The notes: generated from the sequence alone by a model not told the origin. A stretch of DNA of 64,000 nucleotides from Puniceicoccales bacterium (GCA_031257405.1 JAIROS010000017.1:34046-98045); one strand, 5' to 3'. Counted from the stretch's first letter, positions 35,024 through 44,684 are shown. Translations and numbers: made by a program.

Positions 35024-37813
35024 CTATCGTCGTCGACAAATCCGTGCGCGTTGCCTCCTTCGTTCCGCTTTTTCGATCTCGGATTCATCCCCATCTTCTG
35101 CGCCTCTGCGGAATATTTTACCCCAATTTAACTTTATTTTCTCAGGTTTATAGGTCGCCTTTTCGAAGGAAGGCCTCTCGTAGTCGTTAGTTAAAATAAA
35201 TTCATCCGGTTTCAGCGTCGGTTCTCCCGCCAAATTGCCCTCCGTAAAGAAGCGACTCAGCTGCGCCGTCTGGGTATCATCGTGGTGGATAATGGTCGGC
35301 GTGATGATATAAATCCGCTCCGTCACACTATTGCCGCGGTTACTCATTTTAAACAGATGGCCGATGAGTGGGATATCTTTCAGGATGGGGATACCGGCGG
35401 AACTGACTTCGTGTATTTCTTTGAAGGAGCCGCCGATAAATAGACTCTGCCCCTCGAAAACCGATGCCTCCGTATTGACCGTCCGCGTCGTGGTACCCGG
35501 ACCACTGGAGCCCTGACGCGGATTAGTAGTAAACCCACCGTCTTGGACCTCAATTAACAATTTAATTTTTGGCATACCGTTGGCATCAAATTCCCCCATA
35601 ATAATATGGGGGACCACCGTTAATTTAGTGGAGACCGTCACGTCGAATAGCCCGCCCGCCTTTGCTCCTTGGGTTTCCACGTAGGCGGTTTCGGACGTAT
35701 CGATCACGGCGCCGATATTATCCAAAGTAATGACCGACGAGCGGATTAGCGTCTGTCCATTGCCGACCTCCTCCAGGATATTCAGCGTTTCGGACATGGA
35801 ATAATTTTTAAATAATTTATCAAAATTCATAACCAAACTCGCCTCTGTGGCATCCAAAAAATTAAAGGAAATGCGCTTCGATTTTTTTTCCGCGTCCGCT
35901 GCTGTGGTACCAGCGCCTCCAGCGGCTACCGCCATACGCCGATTAGCTTCCAATTTGGAACGTATTTTTAGGGAACCGGATTTGGTGATATCCACTACGG
36001 CGATCTCGATTTTCAGCGCATCCCTGGAGACGTCCAGTTGCTGAATAATGCTCTCAATAAAGGGCATATCCTGGCGCTTGGCTTTGACAATAACCGCATT
36101 TAAACGCGTATCAAAGGTAACAAAAATATCGCTCAAATTGAGGGGATTTTTTTCCCCTCCCTGGGGGGCCATTTTACCCACGTCTTTGGCTTCGCTGCTA
36201 TCTTTTTTAGCTTTTTCGGCGTGGTAGGCGGTCCCGGGTATGGCTTTTGCCGCAGTCGCTCCACCGGCCTTCGAATTGTCGATCTGTAACCCAATGCTGC
36301 TCTCGCCGACAGGCCCCGTTATCGCTCCCACCATCTGCTGTAGCATCGTCGCAACACCCGGAATATTCATGTTCCCACCGCGGTAATTGACTATCATATC
36401 GTAGGCCCAAGCGTGTTTCAGCGGAAAAGAACGAATGTCGTACACATTGCTGACGCGTTCGATTACAATTTTTTTAGAAAGTTCTTCTATGAGGGACATG
36501 AGTTTAGGGGGGCCGCTCACCACTAAAATACCGGCGGTTTCCAGGGGTCTGAAGGTCACATTGGAGCTCAAAAATCCGAGCTGCGAAATGACCCTAACCA
36601 GGGTACGCATCTCATCGCGATTCATCTGGTAGACCGACGACGACACTTCGTCGCTCTTGTAAACATACATCATACTGCCGTCAAAAAACCAAACTAATCC
36701 GTAGGCATTGATGATATCTTTCCAGAATTGGTGGGGGGTAACGTTACTAAATTTTCCATTGACGACGTCGGCGACTTTATCGCTCACGATGACGTCCATC
36801 GACTGCATCACACAGAAATTGCGGATTAATTCTTTCAGCTCCTGATTTTTAGCGAAGTGGTAATATTCTGCGGTTTTCCAGGGCAGACGGTCAGCGGGGT
36901 CGCCTTCGGTAAGGGCCATTGAAGTGACTATTTCGACGGAACTCAGGTCGATGAGGGGGGTTATTGAATCGCCCATGACTTTACGGGTTAGCGGAATTTC
37001 GCTAGATTTTTCCTGGGCATTTGCTATTGGCGCCGCTGGCGATACAGCCGCCGCTGGCAATGGTCCTGAAATATTTTCATTTAGTGACGATCCCGAAATA
37101 TTTGTTACTGGCGCTGCAGGCAATATAGCTACCGCAGGCAACGATTCCGGAGCATTTGTTACTGGCGTTGCAGGCAATACAGCCGACGCAGGCGGGGGTC
37201 CTGAAACATTTTCATTTAGCAATGGTCCCGGAGTATTTCCATTTGGCAACGATCCCGAAATATTTGTTATTGGCGCTGCAGGCAATACAGCCGCCGCAGG
37301 CAATGGTTCCGAAATATTTGTTATTGGCAATGGTCCTGAAATATTTGTTACTGAATCCACTGGCAATACAGCTGCCGCTGGCAATGGTTCCGGAATATCT
37401 GTTACAGCTGCCGCAGGCAATACAGCCGCCGCTGGCAATGGTCCCGGAGTATTTCCATTTGGCAACGATCCCGAAATATTTGTTATTGGCGCTGCTGGCG
37501 ATATAGCCGACGCTGGCAATGATCCCGGAGTATCCCCAGCCGGAACCACTCCCGACGCTGAACCCTTGGCCCCCATAGCCCTCTTGGGCCCATCAATAAT
37601 GTATATGTCCTTCCTGTTCTTCGGTATCACTCCCCCCGCCTCCAATCCACTCGATACACCCGCTAACGCTCCCCCAGTAGCCGTAGCCCCCCTCTCGCTA
37701 CCCTCCGCCCTGTGAATTAAATCCGAATCACGGCTCAATAATGCGCAAGAAAATGATAATGCCGATAGGCCACAAACTGTGTAAAAAATCCCCTTCATCT
37801 CCCTAAAACCCAA
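35024..37813 (-). CDS. sctC: Type III secretion system secretin with ~300-aa repeat-rich N-terminal extension
   Basis: N0-like YGLVWFFDGSMMYVYKSDE. SctC hallmark FPLKHAWAYDMIVNYRGGNMNIPGVATMLQQMV. Secretin core ending GIPILKDIPLIGHLFKMSNRGNSVTERIYIITPTII. Confidence 0.85.
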   Translation of the reverse strand: MGFREMKGIFYTVCGLSALSFSCALLSRDSDLIHRAEGSERGATATGGALAGVSSGLEAGGVIPKNRKDIYIIDGPKRAMGAKGSASGVVPAGDTPGSLPASAISPAAPITNISGSLPNGNTPGPLPAAAVLPAAAVTDIPEPLPAAAVLPVDSVTNISGPLPITNISEPLPAAAVLPAAPITNISGSLPNGNTPGPLLNENVSGPPPASAVLPATPVTNAPESLPAVAILPAAPVTNISGSSLNENISGPLPAAAVSPAAPIANAQEKSSEIPLTRKVMGDSITPLIDLSSVEIVTSMALTEGDPADRLPWKTAEYYHFAKNQELKELIRNFCVMQSMDVIVSDKVADVVNGKFSNVTPHQFWKDIINAYGLVWFFDGSMMYVYKSDEVSSSVYQMNRDEMRTLVRVISQLGFLSSNVTFRPLETAGILVVSGPPKLMSLIEELSKKIVIERVSNVYDIRSFPLKHAWAYDMIVNYRGGNMNIPGVATMLQQMVGAITGPVGESSIGLQIDNSKAGGATAAKAIPGTAYHAEKAKKDSSEAKDVGKMAPQGGEKNPLNLSDIFVTFDTRLNAVIVKAKRQDMPFIESIIQQLDVSRDALKIEIAVVDITKSGSLKIRSKLEANRRMAVAAGGAGTTAADAEKKSKRISFNFLDATEASLVMNFDKLFKNYSMSETLNILEEVGNGQTLIRSSVITLDNIGAVIDTSETAYVETQGAKAGGLFDVTVSTKLTVVPHIIMGEFDANGMPKIKLLIEVQDGGFTTNPRQGSSGPGTTTRTVNTEASVFEGQSLFIGGSFKEIHEVSSAGIPILKDIPLIGHLFKMSNRGNSVTERIYIITPTIIHHDDTQTAQLSRFFTEGNLAGEPTLKPDEFILTNDYERPSFEKATYKPEKIKLNWGKIFRRGAEDGDESEIEKAERRRQRARICRRR
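37010..37540 (-). repeat. In-frame imperfect tandem repeats inside sctC (Pro/Ala-rich; higher-order period 216 bp)
   Basis: AAPITNISGSLPNGNTPGPL occurs at aa 107-126 and 179-198. Interspersed (E/G)PLPAAAVLPAAP(I/V)TNIS units span aa ~93-266. Confidence 0.9.
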
Positions 37814-38231
37814 AAATCGTTAAATTGGAACCGCGAGGTACCTCCAGCGAATAGTCGTACGCATCCGCCCAAAATGCTAAATTTGTCACAAAAGATTCCG
37901 CTTCCGCAAATAGGTTATCGGCGAATAACTCCGCCAAAGATTTTTTGCGAAAAAGACACAGCCGATTTGTTTCGCTTTCGATGGCAATCGTATCGTCGGT
38001 ATCGGCAATTCTCCCAAAATTCCAACGCAATATATTTTTCAATTTTCCCAAATCATTTTCCGTAATTTCCTCCGTAAAATACCCGAAAAAAGTGAGGAAT
38101 CGGCTATCCAAATGCACCATCTTTAACTCCAAACGCCCGTCTATGACCACCTCACAAACCGAATGACTGGGGTCGTGATCTTCTATGCGAAAATAGCGCG
38201 CCAAGATTTCGATTGCTTTCACCCATTCCAT
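37803..38231 (-). CDS. CesT/SycE-like type III secretion chaperone (candidate)
   Basis: 142 aa from MEWVKAIE, acidic. Core HSVCEVVIDGRLELKMVHLDSRFLTFFGYF resembles class I T3S chaperones. The stop overlaps the sctC start by 11 nt. The ORF could extend to 38327. Confidence 0.6.
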   Translation of the reverse strand: MEWVKAIEILARYFRIEDHDPSHSVCEVVIDGRLELKMVHLDSRFLTFFGYFTEEITENDLGKLKNILRWNFGRIADTDDTIAIESETNRLCLFRKKSLAELFADNLFAEAESFVTNLAFWADAYDYSLEVPRGSNLTIFGF

Positions 38232-38356
38232 CAATAATTCGTTTTTATCAAAAAGTTTTGGGCCTGCAAGCCAGAAAGTGTATTGAAAAAAAATTTCAGT
38301 AAAAAATATGAGAAAAATTGTTATCATCCTCCATCCGGCGGCGATAGATACTCCCC

Positions 38357-39157
38357 ATGTTCGAGAAAATTAGTAGTAAAAACAATGAGAAAATTAAGTT
38401 TATCGACAAGCTCAAGAAGTCATCGCACCGGAAAAAATTCGGTCTATTTCCCGTCGAAGGATTTCGAGAAATTTCCCGCGCCCACAGTAGGCAATTCCTA
38501 GCGGAACTCATCTTTTGCGAAGAATATTTCGCGGGACGAGACGATTTTTACGCTTTGGTCGAGCGGCTTGGGCGGGAGAATGTAAAAATCACGCAGGTCA
38601 CGCCCGATGTATACCGGAAGATCTCCCTCTGCGAAAATGGCAGCGGATTGATCGCCCTTGCGCGCGCGAAAAATGTGGCCATCGATGCTTGCACGCCGCC
38701 CGCAAACGGACTTTTTGTTGCGACGGAAAATATCGAAAAACCGAGTAATTTAGGGGCCATTATTCGGACAGCGGAATCGGCTGGCGTCGACGGCGTAATC
38801 GTCCTCGGCCGCTCCACGGAAATCTTTAACCCGCACGTCATCCGCAATTCCCAGGGCGCCGTTTTTTTCACGCCCATTTACCACGCTTCAACGGAGGAAT
38901 TCCTAGCATTTATGCGCCGAAATCAGCTATCGCTCTACGTCACTTCGCCCGGTGCGCAAAGGCTATATTTTGAGGAAGATTTTCGCGGCGGGACGATTAT
39001 TCTTGTGGGTTCGGAGAAGGGGGGGGTATCTGATTTTTGGTTGCGGGAGAGACGGACGATTCGGATTCCCCAGAATGGTTTTTCGGATTCGCTGAACGTC
39101 TCCGTTGCGACGGCTATTGTGTTATACGAGTGTGTTCGCCAGCGCCTAGCGAAATAA
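38357..39157 (+). CDS. SpoU/TrmH-family RNA 2'-O-methyltransferase
   Basis: NLGAIIRTAESAGVDGVIV, LVGSEKGGVS and IPQNGFSDSLNVSVATAIVLYE motifs. Confidence 0.85.
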   Translation: MFEKISSKNNEKIKFIDKLKKSSHRKKFGLFPVEGFREISRAHSRQFLAELIFCEEYFAGRDDFYALVERLGRENVKITQVTPDVYRKISLCENGSGLIALARAKNVAIDACTPPANGLFVATENIEKPSNLGAIIRTAESAGVDGVIVLGRSTEIFNPHVIRNSQGAVFFTPIYHASTEEFLAFMRRNQLSLYVTSPGAQRLYFEEDFRGGTIILVGSEKGGVSDFWLRERRTIRIPQNGFSDSLNVSVATAIVLYECVRQRLAK

Positions 39158-39405
39158 ATCCGCGCATATTTTTGGGCCAAACAATAAAGTAAAATTTCGG
39201 ACCAAATAACAAAGTAAAATGCCACCCACTCGGTTCCATTCTACCCAATACAACAAAAAAATAAAAAAATTACAGCCAACGCCCTTTTGTAAAACGAAAT
39301 CCGCGCATATTTTTAGCCAAAAAACAAAATAAAATTTCGGACCAAATAACAAAGTAAAATGCCACCCATTCGGTTCCATTCCGCTCAGTACAACAAAAAA
39401 ATGAA
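39156..39405. repeat. Tandem duplication (period 141 bp) between the trmH-family stop and ffh
   Basis: aaatccgcgcatattttt...aaatttcggaccaaataacaaagtaaaatgccaccca(c/t)tcggttccatt at 39156 and again at 39297. The copies diverge toward their 3' parts. Confidence 0.9.
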
Positions 39406-39455
39406 CCCACACCCGCCTTAAAGTTTGACGGAAATCCGTTTACCCCTATGGAAGT

Positions 39456-40781
39456 ATGCCGATGTTTGAGTCGATTACCGAAAAAATTAGCAATATTTTT
39501 AAAAATTTGCGCGGCCTCGGAAAACTTTCGGAGCAAAATATCGCCGAAGCCCTGGGCGAAATCCGTTCCGCATTGCTGTCCGCAGACGTCAATTTCTCCG
39601 TCGCCAATAACTTCATCCAGCGCGTAAAAACCCAGTGCCTCGGACAAGTTGTAATCCAAAATGTCACGCCGGAACAGCAATTCACCAAAATTATTTTTGA
39701 CGAACTGGTCAAATTGTTGGGCGACGAAAGTGCTCCCGAATTGAGTTCGAAGCGGCCGCTGAAAATCCTCCTGGTCGGACTACACGGCTCCGGTAAAACG
39801 ACGACGGCGGTAAAACTCGCCAAATTTCTGAAAACTAAGGCCAATTTTTCCCGTCCCTTGACGATCGGCTGCGACATTTACCGACCGGCGGCTACCGACC
39901 AACTCGAAACCCTCTCCCAACAAACCGCCATCGATTGCTACGTCGACCACAATTGTAAAAATGTTATAGAAATTGCCCATTCTGGGGTCCGGTATGCCGA
40001 AAAAAATGGCTGCGATTTACTGCTCTTCGACACCGCAGGCCGCTTGCAAATCGACGAAAATTTGATCCGAGAAATCCGCGATATCTCCGCGAAAATCCAG
40101 CCCGATGAAGTATTTTTAGTTGCCGATAGTGCGCTGGGTCAGGAGGCGGCGAACGTCGCCCGATCGTTCCACGCGGCCGTCCCCCTAACCGGTATCATCC
40201 TGACCAAACTCGATGGCGATAGCCGTGGTGGCGCGGCTTTGTCCATGAAGGAGGTCACCGGCGTGCCGATCCGCTACGTGGGGACGGGCGAAAAAATTGA
40301 ATCGCTCGAAATATTTCATCCGTCGCGCATCGCCCAACGCATTTTAGGTATGGGGGATGTGGTTTCTCTGGTTGAAAAAGCGCAGGAGCAAATCGATGAA
40401 AAACAGGCGAAAGAGCTTGAAAAAAAAGCGAAAAAAGGTAAATTCGACATGAATGATTTCCTTCAGCAACTGCAATCGATACAAAAAATGGGCCCCATGG
40501 AATCTCTGATTAAGCATTTTCCGGGCATGCACAACATCGAAATCGACCCCAAAACCGGTGATAAAATGAAACATACCCAGGCCATTATTTGTTCCATGAC
40601 GCCCAAAGAGCGCTCCCGCCCGGAAATTATCGACGGCTCCCGACGTTTGCGCATTGCCAAAGGCTGTGGTTTATCGGTCCAAAAAGTCAATATGTTGTTA
40701 AAAAATTTTAAACAAATACAGGTCATGATGAAAAAAATGAAAAATTCGCGCGCCAATTTGGCTTCGCTTTTGGGGATGTAA
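39456..40781 (+). CDS. ffh: Signal recognition particle protein
   Basis: N domain, G domain (GLHGSGKTTT, DTAGR, TKLDGD) and Met-rich M domain. Confidence 0.97.
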   Translation: MPMFESITEKISNIFKNLRGLGKLSEQNIAEALGEIRSALLSADVNFSVANNFIQRVKTQCLGQVVIQNVTPEQQFTKIIFDELVKLLGDESAPELSSKRPLKILLVGLHGSGKTTTAVKLAKFLKTKANFSRPLTIGCDIYRPAATDQLETLSQQTAIDCYVDHNCKNVIEIAHSGVRYAEKNGCDLLLFDTAGRLQIDENLIREIRDISAKIQPDEVFLVADSALGQEAANVARSFHAAVPLTGIILTKLDGDSRGGAALSMKEVTGVPIRYVGTGEKIESLEIFHPSRIAQRILGMGDVVSLVEKAQEQIDEKQAKELEKKAKKGKFDMNDFLQQLQSIQKMGPMESLIKHFPGMHNIEIDPKTGDKMKHTQAIICSMTPKERSRPEIIDGSRRLRIAKGCGLSVQKVNMLLKNFKQIQVMMKKMKNSRANLASLLGM

Positions 40782-40782
40782 A

Positions 40783-41010
40783 ATGGGAAAAATATTTGTA
40801 AAATTCCTTATCTTACCCATCCGATTTTACCGATTATTTCTGTCTCCATGTAAAATTTTTTTCTTCGGACCCCATTGCCATTGCCGATTTTCCCCGACTT
40901 GCTCCCATTTTGCCGTGCGCGTACTCCAAAAATATTCCCCGCCAAAAGCATTCCTCCTCATCGCCGCCCGCTTGCTAAAATGTCAGCCCCTGTATCGGAA
41001 AAAATTGTAA
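40783..41010 (+). CDS. yidD: Membrane protein insertion efficiency factor YidD
   Basis: 75 aa, LILPIRFYRLFLSP...CRFSPTCSHFA signature. Confidence 0.85.
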   Translation: MGKIFVKFLILPIRFYRLFLSPCKIFFFGPHCHCRFSPTCSHFAVRVLQKYSPPKAFLLIAARLLKCQPLYRKKL

Positions 41011-41173
41011 ATCTGGCCGCTTTTTTGACCATTTTTTGCGGCAAAAGCCGTGCATGAAATGCACAGGGTGTAAAACAAAGTTTTATACCCTCCAAAGCGT
41101 TTTGGACGCTTTGGGCTTTTGCCGTCACAAAAAATTCACTTGCTGGGGGCGACAAAATTCGCTCTATGGGGGC

Positions 41174-41857
41174 ATGTTTTATTTGGGGCCAATGCACATT
41201 GCCGTTGTTATGGATGGCAATCGCCGCTGGGCTAAAAAAAACAATTTCCCTTTATTTTACGGGCATCGCCGTGGGGTACACGCGGTTAGCGAGGTCACCA
41301 AAACGGCCCTTGATCGCGGGATTTCCCATCTCACATTTTTCGCTTTTTCCACGGAAAATTGGAAGCGTTCGGGGGGTGAAATTTCCTATTTGATGCGACT
41401 ATTTTCCCGTTCCATCGACCGCTACGAAACATTTTTACTCCGCGAAGGGATTTGCGTCCGATTCATTGGGGATTTGGCGCCGCTGGACCCCGATTTACTG
41501 GGCAAAATTTCATCGATTCAAGAGCAAACGCAGCGCAATGAAAAACTTTTTTTGACGATCGCCATCAACTACGGCAGTCGCGATGAGGTCGTCCGGGCCG
41601 TAAAAAAAATGTCAATTAACGAGCTCCAAAATTGTTCCTGGGAAACGTTTCGGCGGCACTTGGATAGCGCGGACTTACCCGACGTCGACCTCTTCATTCG
41701 CACATCGGGGGAGCAGCGTTTGAGCAATTTTCTTCTGCTGCAATCCGCCTATGCGGAACTGATTTTCGTCCAAAAAAATTGGCCGGAGTTCACGGGGGAG
41801 GACTTTGGGGACGTGCTGCAGGAATTCGGCCAACGGAAAAGGAATTTTGGCAAATGA
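41174..41857 (+). CDS. uppS: Undecaprenyl diphosphate synthase
   Basis: HIAVVMDGNRRWA, FAFSTENWKR and RTSGEQRLSNFLLLQSAYAEL motifs. Start moved to MFYLGPMH (41174). Confidence 0.93.
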   Translation: MFYLGPMHIAVVMDGNRRWAKKNNFPLFYGHRRGVHAVSEVTKTALDRGISHLTFFAFSTENWKRSGGEISYLMRLFSRSIDRYETFLLREGICVRFIGDLAPLDPDLLGKISSIQEQTQRNEKLFLTIAINYGSRDEVVRAVKKMSINELQNCSWETFRRHLDSADLPDVDLFIRTSGEQRLSNFLLLQSAYAELIFVQKNWPEFTGEDFGDVLQEFGQRKRNFGK

Positions 41858-41878
41858 TGAAAAAATAATAAAAAAATA

Positions 41879-42724
41879 ATGAAAGCGAGAGTGGGGAGTA
41901 CGGTTATTTTGTGTGTATTGGTGGCGTGGGTACTTTGGTCTGCGGGGATTTTGGGCGGCGTTTTTTTACTGGCGCTATGTTCGGCCCTGACCCAGTGGGA
42001 ACTATACCAACTGATGGAAAAAATGGGTTGGAAGCCGCAAAAAAAAATGGCTACGGCGTGGGGGATCATCGTTGTCCAGGGAAGTTTTTTCAGTCGGGAG
42101 GGTATTTTTGATTTCAGCTACGTTTTATCTGCGCTTGTCCTGGCGACGGTTATTTTCGCATTTTTCGTGGTTCTGGCGGGGGAGCCGGAGGATTTAAAAA
42201 ACATTTTTCTCCCGACAATTTTTGGTATTTTGTATGTTCCGACTTTGTTTTGCATTCCGCTATTATTCGCCCGCAACCTCCTGATTTTATCGGACCCCAA
42301 TCTCCCCCTACTGCTCATTTTGTGGATTATTTTCGTTGCCAAACTCAGTGACATTGGGGGTTTACTGGTGGGTCGGAGATTTGGGAAACGCAAATTGGCG
42401 CCGGCTTTCAGTCCCCAAAAAACTTACGAAGGGCTAATGGGCTCGCTATTATTTTCGGTTACGGGGGGATATATTTTTGTTTTTTGTTGTGGTTGCGCTT
42501 GGCCGGCGAATTTTACGGGCATAAAAATTGGGGCGATTGCGGCTATTATCGCGGTTATTGCGCTCATTTCGGACCTAGTGGAATCGGGGTTCAAGCGCCT
42601 TGCGGGGGTAAAGGATTCGGGGCGCATGATTCCTGGGATTGGCGGCGCATTTGACCTGATGGACAGCCTCATTTTATCGCTGCCCGCGGGGGTTATTATC
42701 ATTAAAACGTTTATTTTTCGGTAA
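41879..42724 (+). CDS. cdsA: Phosphatidate cytidylyltransferase
   Basis: Multi-TM, SDIGGLLVGRRFGKRKL...SPQKTYEG...SGFKRLAGVKDSGRMIPGIGGAFD signature. Confidence 0.9.
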   Translation: MKARVGSTVILCVLVAWVLWSAGILGGVFLLALCSALTQWELYQLMEKMGWKPQKKMATAWGIIVVQGSFFSREGIFDFSYVLSALVLATVIFAFFVVLAGEPEDLKNIFLPTIFGILYVPTLFCIPLLFARNLLILSDPNLPLLLILWIIFVAKLSDIGGLLVGRRFGKRKLAPAFSPQKTYEGLMGSLLFSVTGGYIFVFCCGCAWPANFTGIKIGAIAAIIAVIALISDLVESGFKRLAGVKDSGRMIPGIGGAFDLMDSLILSLPAGVIIIKTFIFR

Positions 42725-42733
42725 AAAATTTAC

Positions 42734-43426
42734 ATGAGTCGCGGTAAATTATTTGTTATAGCCACGCCCATTGGGAATTTGAGCGACATGACTTTTCGTG
42801 CCGTCGAGACGCTCAAGCGGTGCAGTTTGATTGCCTGCGAAGATACGCGAATTTCGTCACATTTGCTGCGGCATTTCAGCATCAGCGCCCCGCTTATTGC
42901 CTACCACGACCGAAACGAGCGGGAGCAGGTAAATTTTTTGATAAAAAAGATAGAAGAGGGCGGGGAAATTGCCATTATTTGCGATGCGGGCACGCCGACG
43001 ATTAGTGATCCTGGATTTAGGATTGTCCGTGAATGTAAAAAAAATGATATTGACGTCGTACCGATTCCCGGCGCGAGTGCGATGATTGCGGCGCTTTCGG
43101 CTTCTGGGCTACCGACCCACTGCTTCTTTTTCCTAGGATTTCCGGGGCACAGGGCAAGTGCGCGCATTAAAATTTTAGAGCAATACGCCGCGGCGGGTGG
43201 GACTTTGGTTTGCTACGAATCCTGCCACCGCCTCGAAAAATTTCTCCACGACATCGCCCACGTTTACGGTCTGGAGCGCGTGATTTCCATTGGAAAAGAA
43301 CTGACGAAGATCCACGAAACAATTGTAACGGCCCCCGTCGGCGAAGTGCTATTGAATGTAAAAAAAATGATAACAATCAAGGGGGAATTTGTCGTACTGG
43401 TTGCGCCGGCCCGCTACACGCTCTAG
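42734..43426 (+). CDS. rsmI: 16S rRNA (cytidine1402-2'-O)-methyltransferase
   Basis: LFVIATPIGNLSDMTFRAVETLKRCSLIACEDTR and CDAGTPTISDPG motifs. Confidence 0.93.
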   Translation: MSRGKLFVIATPIGNLSDMTFRAVETLKRCSLIACEDTRISSHLLRHFSISAPLIAYHDRNEREQVNFLIKKIEEGGEIAIICDAGTPTISDPGFRIVRECKKNDIDVVPIPGASAMIAALSASGLPTHCFFFLGFPGHRASARIKILEQYAAAGGTLVCYESCHRLEKFLHDIAHVYGLERVISIGKELTKIHETIVTAPVGEVLLNVKKMITIKGEFVVLVAPARYTL

Positions 43427-44199
43427 TCCGATTCCCGTGGGAGCATTAAAATCGACCCCGAAAGCAGCTTTGTACACTCGTGCCGCGGACGAAATATGAT
43501 GTCATCGGGCACGCCCCGCTCCACAATCTCCCCCCCGCTCATAACGCAAACGCGATCCGCCATCCGCTGTAAAATCGAAAAATCGTGGGTAACCAGCAGC
43601 ATCGCAAAACCTAAATCCTCCTGCAATGCCTTTATTAAAGCCAAAATTTGGTCCTGCAGGATGACATCGAAAGCCGTCGTCGGCTCATCGGCGATGAGTA
43701 ATTTGGGGCGATTCATCAAGGCCAGAGCAATCATAACACGCTGCTGCATCCCCCCACTCAATTCGTGGGGATAGGCCCGAAAAATTCTCAGGGGATCCCT
43801 AAATCCGACCTTTCTGAGCATCCCCAACGCACGATCCTTCCGCCCTAGACCCTCCGCAATCTCGAGTAATTGGTAGCCCACCGTCAGAACGGGATTCAAT
43901 GCCCAGGCGGGTTCCTGAAAAATATGGGCGACTTTGTGGCGTCGAATGGCGACCAAATCGGGGTACGGCAAATTTAAAATCGGCTGCCGATCTACAAAAA
44001 TTTCCCCAGAAATGGTGACATTGGGCCGCAAACGCATGATACTTTCCGCGATCAGCGTCTTCCCGCTGCCACTTTTCCCCACCAACGCGAGGGTTTCTCC
44101 GGCGGCAATCGCAAAGGAAATTCCCCGGATTGTGGGATGTTCCGAATTGGTAAAACTTATAGTCAGATTCCGGACCGCAAGATAGGCACTATTCCCCAT
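43423..44199 (-). CDS. ABC transporter ATP-binding protein, DppD/OppD-like (singleton)
   Basis: Walker A GKSGSGKT, signature LSGGMQQR, Walker B LLIADEPTTAFD. Its stop shares the CTAG at 43423-43426 with the rsmI stop. Confidence 0.85.
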   Translation of the reverse strand: MGNSAYLAVRNLTISFTNSEHPTIRGISFAIAAGETLALVGKSGSGKTLIAESIMRLRPNVTISGEIFVDRQPILNLPYPDLVAIRRHKVAHIFQEPAWALNPVLTVGYQLLEIAEGLGRKDRALGMLRKVGFRDPLRIFRAYPHELSGGMQQRVMIALALMNRPKLLIADEPTTAFDVILQDQILALIKALQEDLGFAMLLVTHDFSILQRMADRVCVMSGGEIVERGVPDDIIFRPRHECTKLLSGSILMLPRESD

Positions 44200-44650
44200 A
44201 ATTTTTTTTGAATAATTATCCCCAAATTATTTAATATTGCCAACGATGTCGAGCCGATATATATGAGGCGCATTTTCCGGCGGCAATCGCAAAGAAAATT
44301 CCCCGGACCGTGGGACGTTCCGCGTTGGTAAAACTTATAGTCAGATTCCGGACCGCAAGATAGGCATCACTCCCCATAATTTTTCTGAACAATTGTCCCC
44401 AATTATTTAACATTGCCAACGATGTCGAGCCGATATATATGAGGCGCATTTTCCGGCGGCAATCGCAAAGGAAATTCCCTGGACCGTGGGACGTTCCGAA
44501 TTGGTAAAACTTATAGTCAGATTCCGGACCGCAAGATAGGCATCACTCCCCATAATTTTTCTGAACAATTATCCCCAATTATTGAACATTGCCAACGATG
44601 TCGAGTCATATATATACTACCCCCAATTATTTAACGTTGCCAACCATGCC
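44101..44650. repeat. Three tandem ~177-bp copies of the promoter region plus the first ~34 codons of the ABC ATPase gene
   Basis: ggcggcaatcgcaaag starts at 44101, 44279 and 44455. ATG complements lie at 44197-44199 (real gene), 44375-44377 and 44551-44553. The third copy decays after about 44615. Confidence 0.95.
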
Positions 44651-44684
44651 AAGCCATCTAATCTTACGCAAATAACGATTATTT

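Noticed and set aside
36924-37715. 263-aa and 116-aa ORFs on the + strand inside sctC
   Set aside because: They are antisense to the Pro/Ala-rich repeat region. Such repeats keep the complementary frame open (Gly/Ala/Asn-rich nonsense), and the sense-strand SctC call is far better supported.
44101-44650. CRISPR array or other repeat-spacer locus
   Set aside because: The units are ~177 bp, contiguous, and copies of the adjacent gene start. There are no short repeats alternating with unique spacers, and no cas genes in the window.
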